The notes under the pieces: model-generated
What the model was told of the DNA's origin: nothing
Seen by the model: only the letters and a program-made list of their open reading frames with translations
Database searches by the model: none
Program-made: the position numbers and the translations under genes
Virus record (IMG/VR): IMGVR_UViG_3300021964_000012
Location: 1-64,000 of that record
Direction: 5' to 3' (one strand)
Source of the DNA: a virus
Length of the DNA stretch: 64,000 bases
Part shown: one piece after another, positions 46,237 through 54,024 of the stretch
How positions within the stretch are numbered: position 1 is the first letter of the stretch
Layout of the letters: every line of letters starts with the position of its first letter

Positions 46237-47260
46237 GTAAACTAAGCACACGTCGTGAAAGGCTTGTACTGCTGGCAAGCAATGGTTTTACACCATGAAA
46301 TGATCCTATTTCGTTAATACCATATTCATAGTGTACTTTGGAATCTATACCTGCTTGTTGTAAATACTCTTTTATTTTATTTCTATCTGTATTGCAATCA
46401 ATGACAAATTTATGAAAACAATGTTCCTGTAAATTAGAACTATCAATTAAGCATCTAATATCTGACTTTTCGTTTAATCTTTCTATCCAATAAAGACCAA
46501 TTGTTTGTCTGCGTTCTTGCCATTCGTCTATGTATTTGGTTTTAACAAGCATTGTTGCACAGTCTATTTCACTCATACGACTGTTTGTTCCACCAGTAAC
46601 ATGGGCCGACCCATTGGCTCTGTACCATCTTACAAATCTATCTATACTTACAGTGTTGGTAAGCACGGCTCCGCCGTTGGCATAGTTTGCAAGATTCTTT
46701 GTAGGATCAAAACTTATTGCACTGGTGGAGATTCTTTTACAATCCCAACTGAGCCAATGCTGAGCCGCATCTTCTACCAAGATCCAATCGTGTTCTGCAA
46801 CCAAATCTCTAAAACGTTGTGTTTGATAATTCTTTAGACTGTTGCCATACAATCCTACCAAACACACTGCCATTGTGTTGTAGTGATGTGGTTGTATACT
46901 GTCAATATCCAGCATGCCATATGAGTCAGTATCAGCTACCACAACTTCCCATCCTGCTGAAATCCATGAGTTTGCAGTTGCACGATAGGTTAAGTTCGGA
47001 ACGATAACCTGTGGCTTATTGAGATTAAGTTGTTTGTAATGATAACGTGCTATTGCTTCAAGTGCAACTGTACCTGAACCAATTGTAATGGCATGATCAA
47101 CGTTGTTTCGTTTTGCTAACCATGATTCAAATTCTTGTGTGTAGTTGCCATTCATCAGTTGGCCACTACGCAATACTATATCAATGGTATCGAGAACTTC
47201 TGATCTAAGGTTATTATACTGTTTTTTTAGTCCAGTAAACGGAATTTCTAAGCCACTCAT
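46166..47260 (-). CDS. DegT/DnrJ/EryC1/StrS-family PLP-dependent sugar aminotransferase
   Basis: 364 aa. IPFTGLKKQYNNLRSEVLDTIDIVLRSGQLMNGNYTQEFESWLA, GSGTVALEA, SFDPTKNL (PLP Lys), and SLPIYPELTDLEVEYIIDQV at the C-terminus. Confidence 0.85.
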   Translation of the reverse strand: MSGLEIPFTGLKKQYNNLRSEVLDTIDIVLRSGQLMNGNYTQEFESWLAKRNNVDHAITIGSGTVALEAIARYHYKQLNLNKPQVIVPNLTYRATANSWISAGWEVVVADTDSYGMLDIDSIQPHHYNTMAVCLVGLYGNSLKNYQTQRFRDLVAEHDWILVEDAAQHWLSWDCKRISTSAISFDPTKNLANYANGGAVLTNTVSIDRFVRWYRANGSAHVTGGTNSRMSEIDCATMLVKTKYIDEWQERRQTIGLYWIERLNEKSDIRCLIDSSNLQEHCFHKFVIDCNTDRNKIKEYLQQAGIDSKVHYEYGINEIGSFHGVKPLLASSTSLSRRVLSLPIYPELTDLEVEYIIDQVLDCVA

Positions 47261-48257
47261 GGTATAGTTTGATGCCTTCTTCTAAGTTGATTTTTGGATC
47301 AAAGTTCAAATCCGTTTTTGCTTTATCAATGTTTAATGTGCCTCTACTAGGCATATTTGCATCTCGATCATTGATCTCAACTGTGCCTTTGCCTACAATT
47401 TTAACAACTGCGTCTGCGGCTTCTTTTATTGTTTTAGCATCACCTTTAGTTAGATGATAGATGCCAGTTTTACCCTTCAGCAATGCTAAAATCATTCCTT
47501 CGGCTAGATCATCAACATAGGTAAAATCCAATCTCTCATCTTCACCATTTACTGATAGTGTTCTATCTGCTTTAGCATTTAGAATAAATTTTCCTATAAC
47601 TCTATCACAGTTATCCAATGGGCCATAAACTGCACTTGGTCGAACTGTTACATAATCAAGGTTGTGTTGTTTATTAAAGTTTTCTACCAATTTTTCACCA
47701 GCATGTTTCCATATAGCATAACTGCCTTTTGGATCTGGAGTGTGTGTTTCATCAGCAGGAAACGAAAAGTCGCCAAGTACCATGCTTGAACTTACATACA
47801 ATAACCTTTTGATGTTGTGTCTTGCACTGTTTTCCAATATGTTAGCAAGTCCCTGACACATTGTATGTGCAGCTTCTACTGGGTTTTCACTTGCCAACTT
47901 TTCATTTGGAAAACTAGCAAGATGTACAACATAGTCTGGTTTCAATTTTAAGAAAATATCATTTACCAATTCAATTTCAGCAACATCAATTTTGTGAATC
48001 ATTGTGTCATCATCAAATTTTGCCAGTCTTTCATTGTATAGATATTCTAATTCACTTTTGTCTAATAGTCCGTAAGTGGTTAGTGCATCAATTACTTCGA
48101 CTCGATGATTTTGTTTTTGCAACTGTTCAACAACCTTGTGCCCAATGAAGCCAAGACCTCCTGTCACAAGTATTCTTTTTTGTTCAACCTTTACTGCGGT
48201 TTGTTTAGGTTGTCTTGTGATTGATTTTTTCTTTTTTCTATTCTTTGCCATGAGCAT
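47214..48257 (-). CDS. NAD-dependent sugar epimerase/dehydratase (extended SDR) with basic N-terminal extension
   Basis: ILVTGGLGFIGHKV Rossmann motif, SSS...YAIWK (YxxxK). N-terminal MLMAKNRKKKKSITRQPKQTAVKVEQKR precedes the fold. ATG 48251 is an equally possible start. Confidence 0.8.
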   Translation of the reverse strand: MLMAKNRKKKKSITRQPKQTAVKVEQKRILVTGGLGFIGHKVVEQLQKQNHRVEVIDALTTYGLLDKSELEYLYNERLAKFDDDTMIHKIDVAEIELVNDIFLKLKPDYVVHLASFPNEKLASENPVEAAHTMCQGLANILENSARHNIKRLLYVSSSMVLGDFSFPADETHTPDPKGSYAIWKHAGEKLVENFNKQHNLDYVTVRPSAVYGPLDNCDRVIGKFILNAKADRTLSVNGEDERLDFTYVDDLAEGMILALLKGKTGIYHLTKGDAKTIKEAADAVVKIVGKGTVEINDRDANMPSRGTLNIDKAKTDLNFDPKINLEEGIKLYHEWLRNSVYWTKKTV

Positions 48258-48921
48258 ACGCCTTTATGTTAGGAAATATTTTTGCTATTGCATCAGCACA
48301 GGCATGAGCAATTTGCATATGCTCTAGTTGTGTGCCGTTAGCACCACGCAGATCAATATAGTGTATCCAACTACGTATTGTACCATTCATGTAAAGTCTT
48401 GTTTTTGTTAATCCTTCAGGAAGAATCTTTCTAGCTTGTTCTTTTGCTATGTTGTTTTCAATTGCCCATTCGTATGCTTCTTTGCATGCTTCTATTACTT
48501 TGTCCTGCATTTCAGTCCACTCTTGGTGCAACATAACATTTTCAGTTTGAATACTGTTCTGTCTGTTTTTTGTATCCTGCAATCTGCATTCAGCATACTC
48601 AAACATGTCTCCCATTTCTTGTGGATTCGCATAACGTTGTGAAAATTCTTGAAAACTAAAACTACGATGACGTACTATTTGATGTGCAATATCACGTGTT
48701 GTATCTACTTCTAAGCAGGCACTGGCCATTTCAAATGGTGACCAATGTTTGTGTTTTACCAAATAGTTTAGTAGACGTTCGTGTGTTTCTGTGTTGATTT
48801 GATGATTTGGATTTGAAACTTTTGCACAATAGGCAATTAAATCCTGTATATCTAATAACCCGCCTTCTTCGTAGGTTTCGAATTCACTTGCTTTACTATA
48901 TGATACTAATCTTACGTTCAT
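48238..48921 (-). CDS. thyX: flavin-dependent thymidylate synthase
   Basis: 227 aa. ThyX signature RHRSFSFQEFSQRY (RHRxxSxxxxSxR). Confidence 0.9.
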   Translation of the reverse strand: MNVRLVSYSKASEFETYEEGGLLDIQDLIAYCAKVSNPNHQINTETHERLLNYLVKHKHWSPFEMASACLEVDTTRDIAHQIVRHRSFSFQEFSQRYANPQEMGDMFEYAECRLQDTKNRQNSIQTENVMLHQEWTEMQDKVIEACKEAYEWAIENNIAKEQARKILPEGLTKTRLYMNGTIRSWIHYIDLRGANGTQLEHMQIAHACADAIAKIFPNIKAYAHGKE

Positions 48922-49220
48922 AGTTTCTCTAAATACCTTTCAGTGAGTGGTTTAATTTTTTTTGCAATGCTTTCAACATCTAGTACAAAATGCAAACGAT
49001 TTACCTGGTTAGAAAATGATGTAAGATGACGATTTACAACTACTTCGATATCTTCAATGTGCAATCCTTGTTTTTTTAACTTTTCTAAATTGATGGTTTT
49101 TTGTTTGCCATCTTGTAATTTGAAAACGACCTTTTTAATATGATCCACCGGAACCATTTCTTGATCAATTTCATTTAGAACCAATCGAAATTTTTCAACA
49201 TCATCTACTGCTATTTGCAT
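48918..49220 (-). CDS. hypothetical protein
   Basis: The track start 49280 overlaps the upstream gene by 59 nt. ATG 49220 lies 1 nt after the upstream stop (TAAAATG). 100 aa. The stop overlaps the thyX start (ATGA). Confidence 0.5.
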   Translation of the reverse strand: MQIAVDDVEKFRLVLNEIDQEMVPVDHIKKVVFKLQDGKQKTINLEKLKKQGLHIEDIEVVVNRHLTSFSNQVNRLHFVLDVESIAKKIKPLTERYLEKL

Positions 49221-49221
49221 T

Positions 49222-49965
49222 TTATACTTTTGCTTTAGCAGGTCTTCCACGTTTCTTTTTAGCAGGTGCTTCTTGTACACCCATCATGGCATTGGCTTCT
49301 GCTTGCATACGTTGTGATTCTGCTAACAAACTCTGTGCTTCAGCAGCCATTCTTTCTGCTTGAGTTTTCATATTAGATGCTATTGCTTCATCACTGAGTG
49401 CTCCTGTAGTAGGTGCCTGTATTGGTGCGGCAGACTGAGCTCTTTGTGTATTTGCCGCAGCCAATGCAGCCTTGTTACTCTGTTCCATTAGACTTCCTGG
49501 AGCAGGAACATTCACACCTGGACCACCAACATCACGTCCGTAGTCATCTCTGCGTCTGGCTTTACCAGTATAACCCGCGTCAGCATCAAGTTCTGCTAAA
49601 CGTTGTACTGCTTCTTCACCTTTTGCCATCTCATTAACAATACGGTTCATCTCATTGAGGTAAACACTTGAAGTTGGAGTAGGTGTAACAATTATTTGTT
49701 CAGTTTGAACTTTTTTCATCATGCCTTCGACATGTATTCTTTCTAGTATCGAGGTACCATCATTGAATCTTTTGCTCATAAGAGCATTACCTAAGTCAGT
49801 GGCGGCTTGTCCTTCTGTGCTTTCGATAGCCTGCATTAGACTGTCATGCATGCTCTGTTGCATTGTTTCTGGGTATACTACCAAGCACATATGCTCTTCA
49901 CCGGGAACTTCTCTAAATATTATAGCAACCTTTCGATCGCCGTGTTTACCAACATGTTTAATCAT
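49222..49965 (-). CDS. hypothetical protein (A/Q-rich, predicted coiled C-terminal half)
   Basis: 247 aa, ATG start. Ends in the basic tail KKKRGRPAKAKV. No motif recognised. Confidence 0.6.
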   Translation of the reverse strand: MIKHVGKHGDRKVAIIFREVPGEEHMCLVVYPETMQQSMHDSLMQAIESTEGQAATDLGNALMSKRFNDGTSILERIHVEGMMKKVQTEQIIVTPTPTSSVYLNEMNRIVNEMAKGEEAVQRLAELDADAGYTGKARRRDDYGRDVGGPGVNVPAPGSLMEQSNKAALAAANTQRAQSAAPIQAPTTGALSDEAIASNMKTQAERMAAEAQSLLAESQRMQAEANAMMGVQEAPAKKKRGRPAKAKV

Positions 49966-50215
49966 TTTTTGTTTCTCCTTGCTCTTCGGACGTCTCCTCA
50001 GATGCTGTTTCTACCTTAGGTTCCTGTTGTTGTAACCATACGGTAATCTTATTATAGACAAAACCAACTGTGGCTAGCTCATCTGCTTTCCAAGCATTTC
50101 TGTCTGTAGCAGTTTCAATAATGGTTTTACAGAACTTGATATCTGTCAGTGTTAATTGTACTGGTTCCTCACTTGAACCTGATTCCAATTTAATTTCTTT
50201 GTTTTCTTCTGACAT
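49958..50215 (-). CDS. hypothetical acidic protein
   Basis: 85 aa, ATG preceded by AAGGAG. E/S-rich termini. Confidence 0.55.
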   Translation of the reverse strand: MSEENKEIKLESGSSEEPVQLTLTDIKFCKTIIETATDRNAWKADELATVGFVYNKITVWLQQQEPKVETASEETSEEQGETKND

Positions 50216-50279
50216 TATATTAGTTATCTCCTTTATCGTTAACTACGTAGTTTATTTAATAGTTTAATACATCCAGGTA

Positions 50280-50453
50280 TTATTTTTCCATAAAGCAGGC
50301 AGTTTCTGGATCATTCCATTCTAATTCATACTTGCTACGTATAAACCAATCTCTTGGACATGCCCATTCTGGTGCATCACTATAGTCATGATTGGTTACT
50401 TCTTCTAAACAAGTGATTTCTTCGAGATCTAAATGGTCAGGATCATGAATCAT
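50280..50453 (-). CDS. small hypothetical protein (57 aa)
   Basis: Only the part of track ORF 50280-50675 downstream of the VWA gene is non-overlapping. Internal ATG 50453 overlaps the VWA stop by 11 nt. Confidence 0.3.
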   Translation of the reverse strand: MIHDPDHLDLEEITCLEEVTNHDYSDAPEWACPRDWFIRSKYELEWNDPETACFMEK

Positions 50454-51705
50454 CTTCGTATAGTGCCCATGTACCAAAGGGCGGATTAGGATTCTTATCG
50501 CCATGTATAATAAAAACTGTATCACAGTAGTTAGGATCGCCCCATGAATCAAATGGATAACCATCTGTAAACATAACCAATCTTTTAGGATCAATACCTT
50601 CTTCTTTAAGGTAGTCAAACACACAATCAAAGTCAGTACCACCACCACCTTTGATCTCGTACTCGTCGATAGCATCTATGTTATCGTCAGTAAATGTTTG
50701 TACATTATAAACACTAGTATCAAAACAACATATAGTAACACGGAACTGCCCATACTCTTCCATAATTCCTTTGACTTCACTCATAAAGTCTCTACCTTGC
50801 TCTGCGCCAATTGAACCACTCATGTCTAATGCACAAAAGATATCAACATATTCGTCGTTGTCCATACCTGGAAGTATAGCATCCATGTGCCAGCCCTTAC
50901 GATGCATACGTTTAAATGTGTAGTCAGACTTGATAGTTGACTGCATCTGCATACGTAACAGTTCTCTCCAGTTTAATTTAGGCTCGGTGAGTTGTGCAAC
51001 AATACGTTTTACCCCTGCTGGTACGTTGCCAGGATCTGATGCCTGTGCGGCACTCAGCATGGCTTCTTTTATTTCTTCTTTAATCTTTTCACGTTCTTCT
51101 TTTGAATATTTTGTAGGTCCTTTACCTTCTTCGTCATTGTCGCCATCACCTTCTTTACCATCCAAGTGCTGATCAATCAACTGTTTTACAAGCTCATCCA
51201 TATCGATCTTATCAGCATTCTCATAAAGGTCGTCATATACTTCTTCTGAACTCCAACCTTCATACTTAACATCATACAAACATGGAACAGTCTTAATAAA
51301 CTCGCCTACTCTGTGTTTTTGTAGATCAGCATTTACACAATAGTCAGCAGCTATGTTGTGCAACTGAGGATCTCTGTCACCACGTCTACCAAAATGATCA
51401 TATACACAATGCAATACTTCATGTCCAAAAAGAAATTCAACTTCTTTAGGACGTAGCATTTTAATAAACTTTGAATTGTAGTAGAAGTTTCTACCATCAG
51501 TTGCGGCAGTTGCACACCATTCATCAGCATTGACTAGTTTCAATCTAGTAGCAAGGTTACCAAAAAAACTAGCACGTAACAACATACCAACACGGGCAGT
51601 AATTAATATTTCACGTACTTCTCTATCACGTGCAGGATCCATTGGACCTAGTATATCTTTAAATTTGTCTGCTAAGTCTTTGTTTACTGTTGTATCTTGC
51701 GACAT
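50443..51705 (-). CDS. VWA-domain protein with N-terminal HExxH metallopeptidase-like domain (DUF2201 / CobT-like)
   Basis: 420 aa. HEVLHCVYDHF (HExxH) in the N-terminal half, MIDAS-type DMSGSIG in the C-terminal half. Confidence 0.75.
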   Translation of the reverse strand: MSQDTTVNKDLADKFKDILGPMDPARDREVREILITARVGMLLRASFFGNLATRLKLVNADEWCATAATDGRNFYYNSKFIKMLRPKEVEFLFGHEVLHCVYDHFGRRGDRDPQLHNIAADYCVNADLQKHRVGEFIKTVPCLYDVKYEGWSSEEVYDDLYENADKIDMDELVKQLIDQHLDGKEGDGDNDEEGKGPTKYSKEEREKIKEEIKEAMLSAAQASDPGNVPAGVKRIVAQLTEPKLNWRELLRMQMQSTIKSDYTFKRMHRKGWHMDAILPGMDNDEYVDIFCALDMSGSIGAEQGRDFMSEVKGIMEEYGQFRVTICCFDTSVYNVQTFTDDNIDAIDEYEIKGGGGTDFDCVFDYLKEEGIDPKRLVMFTDGYPFDSWGDPNYCDTVFIIHGDKNPNPPFGTWALYEDDS

Positions 51706-51735
51706 GTGCTACTCCTAATTTCTAACTGTATATAC

Positions 51736-51763
51736 ATTGTAACACATATTGTGAAAGTGTCAA
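51736..51763 (-). promoter_or_regulatory. sigma70-type early promoter
   Basis: Minus strand reads GGTTGACA, N16, TACAAT, then the conserved GTATATACAGTTAGAAA and AGGAG before the ATG at 51705. Confidence 0.6.
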
Positions 51764-51948
51764 CCTAATTTGCCATTTAGAGGCACGATTGTTATTAATA
51801 TATTCCAATTATCAGGATCACTAAATTCAAGACTTTCTTCACCGCCGGCATCTGCAAGTTCTTTGTTTTCATACACACCAACTAACTGTCTATAGTCTGA
51901 ATGTCTTTTCTGTTTTTCAACAACATACATACTAGTTCCAGTATTCAT
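51760..51948 (-). CDS. hypothetical protein
   Basis: 62 aa. ATGA overlap with the upstream Smr gene. Confidence 0.5.
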   Translation of the reverse strand: MNTGTSMYVVEKQKRHSDYRQLVGVYENKELADAGGEESLEFSDPDNWNILITIVPLNGKLG

Positions 51949-52169
51949 CTAAGTCTCACTTTCCAACTGCCACGATTATATGGTTCAGTTTCCCATTTAC
52001 GGACATGGTTAGAGGCCTCGCACCAGCTGGGGAATTCTTTTTGTATGGCGCCGTGACCGGTGATAACTCGTATTTCTTTTTCTTTGTCTAGCCATTTTTC
52101 ATATGCAAATGCTATGAATAACTTCCATGCATCATGTACGGTTCTACCATGTAGATCAATTGTTTTCAT
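51945..52169 (-). CDS. Smr (small MutS-related) domain protein
   Basis: 74 aa. IDLHGRTVHDAW...IRVITGHG matches the Smr pattern (iDLHG....A......vItGkG). Confidence 0.6.
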   Translation of the reverse strand: MKTIDLHGRTVHDAWKLFIAFAYEKWLDKEKEIRVITGHGAIQKEFPSWCEASNHVRKWETEPYNRGSWKVRLR

Positions 52170-52500
52170 CTTTCGCCCATTTAAGTTTAAAGAAGCTAAC
52201 TTCTTTTTCGCTTTTCATGTATAAACGTAAATTTTCACTTCCGTTTGTCCAACTCCACTGCTGATTAACAAAATGTGGTGCATCACTGTTAGGAACATTA
52301 AACTGTTGGCGTTTTAGCAACATTCCTCTAATGTACATGAAGTCACGTACTTCAGCACTATACCCATAGGTTTCTATCATCCAGCCCATACAAGTATGAA
52401 AATCAAATGGTCCAAATGTGCTGCGTTGAAACTCTATACAATATTCAAAGTAATTATTATATGCATAACGTCCGTCAAGTTTTTTAACAGTGTATTTCAT
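52156..52500 (-). CDS. hypothetical protein
   Basis: The track start 52518 is TTG. ATG 52500 lies 1 nt after the upstream stop. 114 aa. Confidence 0.5.
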   Translation of the reverse strand: MKYTVKKLDGRYAYNNYFEYCIEFQRSTFGPFDFHTCMGWMIETYGYSAEVRDFMYIRGMLLKRQQFNVPNSDAPHFVNQQWSWTNGSENLRLYMKSEKEVSFFKLKWAKDENN

Positions 52501-52501
52501 G

Positions 52502-52813
52502 CTAGTATTTAAGTCCAAACATCACTGCGTCTGATTCTTTTTTAAAGTAGAATATCACATGCCATTCGTTCACTGCCACACCACGCCATTCTGGATCTTC
52601 CATCATTTTACGTTGCCATTCATGATCTAGCATCCAAGCCCAACGTTCACTAGGACGTCCAAAATCTTGATGTACCTGTTTAAGTAGGTTGGTCCATTCT
52701 CGAGGATCATAAGGTGTATAACGACGAGGCACTTGAACATAATCTTTCAAGTGCCTCTGAAGTATAGTGTCTATGTCATCCATAGCACCTGTAATTTGGT
52801 TGAGGGCCTGCAT
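52502..52813 (-). CDS. hypothetical protein
   Basis: 103 aa, ATG start, W-rich. Confidence 0.5.
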   Translation of the reverse strand: MQALNQITGAMDDIDTILQRHLKDYVQVPRRYTPYDPREWTNLLKQVHQDFGRPSERWAWMLDHEWQRKMMEDPEWRGVAVNEWHVIFYFKKESDAVMFGLKY

Positions 52814-52862
52814 AGTTATGCCTTAGGTGTTACAGTTAGAAAATGGCCCTCAACCAATTCTG

Positions 52863-53957
52863 TTATCCTTGACTAGCAAGTATGTACTTGCCATAACGTT
52901 GATGAAACTCATCAAAGTTTTTAAGTTTAGTAGGTTGAAACGGAATAGCATATGTTGTCAATGCAATCCTTGCACCCATAACAACCAACTCAGTTTCAAA
53001 GTTATCCATCATAAACCTAAAGAAGTTATCACTCATCTTGTGAAACTCAGCATCTTTAACAGTTGCTAATGCTTCTTTAAGCTCATAACACATACTAATA
53101 GTAAGTGAATACATTGCACTAACTTCTTGCACATCCAGTTTGCTAACCTTACCAGCAAGCACATCTGTTGGATTAGGAAGTTTACCAGCAATCTTTCTGT
53201 GTGCTTGAAACTTAACTGCAAGACCTTCACCAATGGTACCAGCAATCAGATCAGTTGCAGTGGTTTCCGTCATGTCCTCTTCAATAAGTTCGCTTACAAA
53301 ACTCCATGATCTTGGAGTAGCAAAAGCTCTACTTGCACTCTTTGCATCAAAATCATACAAGTCCTGTTTAGCAAAACTCAAGTAACCTACTACATCAGGA
53401 TGTATACCATTTTCAACGGCCCAATCAAACCATGCTTCATAGTCTGCACGTATCTCTACGTGTACAAATCTATTTGCAAGTGGAGTAGGCATTCTAAAGG
53501 TAACACCTTTGTCTGACTCTCTGTTACCAGCGGCAATAATAACCACATTGTCCGGCAATACATACTTGCCTAATCTTCTGTTAAGCACCAACTGGTAAGC
53601 GGCGGCTTGTACACTAGCAGGTGCACTATTCATTTCATCCAAGAATACTGTGATCATTGGATAGTCTTTGGCAAATTCTGGTGATGGAAGATCAATAGGC
53701 GGAGCCCAATCCATTACGCCTAGTTCTTTGTTGAAGTAGGGCATACCTCTAAGGTCTGTTGGATCCATTTGACCTAAACGTAAATCAAACATATAACCTC
53801 CAGCATCATTGGTAATCTGCTGAACTATATCTGACTTACCAACACCTGGAGGTCCCCATAAAAATATTGGTCTTTGTTTTTTGAATGCTACTTTAATTGC
53901 ACTTTTTGCACCAGCAGTAGTAACTGTTCTGTATTCAATTTGACTTGAACTTGACAT
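52863..53957 (-). CDS. cobS: CobS-like / MoxR-like AAA+ ATPase
   Basis: 364 aa. Walker A GPPGVGKS, Walker B VFLDEMN. The size and layout match the cobS annotated in marine myoviruses. Confidence 0.75.
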   Translation of the reverse strand: MSSSSQIEYRTVTTAGAKSAIKVAFKKQRPIFLWGPPGVGKSDIVQQITNDAGGYMFDLRLGQMDPTDLRGMPYFNKELGVMDWAPPIDLPSPEFAKDYPMITVFLDEMNSAPASVQAAAYQLVLNRRLGKYVLPDNVVIIAAGNRESDKGVTFRMPTPLANRFVHVEIRADYEAWFDWAVENGIHPDVVGYLSFAKQDLYDFDAKSASRAFATPRSWSFVSELIEEDMTETTATDLIAGTIGEGLAVKFQAHRKIAGKLPNPTDVLAGKVSKLDVQEVSAMYSLTISMCYELKEALATVKDAEFHKMSDNFFRFMMDNFETELVVMGARIALTTYAIPFQPTKLKNFDEFHQRYGKYILASQG

Positions 53958-53988
53958 AAGCTATCTCCTTGTTTCTAACTGTATATAC

Positions 53989-54016
53989 ATAGTAACACAG
54001 GATTATATTATGTCAA
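53989..54016 (-). promoter_or_regulatory. sigma70-type early promoter
   Basis: Minus strand reads GGTTGACA, N16, TACTAT, then the identical 17-mer GTATATACAGTTAGAAA and AAGGAG before the ATG at 53957. Confidence 0.6.
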
Positions 54017-54024
54017 CCAGTTTT

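Noticed and set aside
22112-48921. DNA hypermodification hypothesis: transferases plus thyX acting on phage DNA bases.
   Set aside because: I saw no dNMP hydroxymethylase, dNMP kinase, DpdA/transglycosylase, aGPT-Pplase or 7-deazaguanine (QueC/D/E, FolE) genes in the window. thyX alone is common in marine phages. It cannot be ruled out without the rest of the genome.
50280-50675. 131-aa track ORF overlapping the 3' end of the VWA gene by 233 nt.
   Set aside because: The overlapping part is an alternative frame of a gene with clear VWA motifs. Only the downstream 57 codons (50280-50453) are kept, as a low-confidence small gene.
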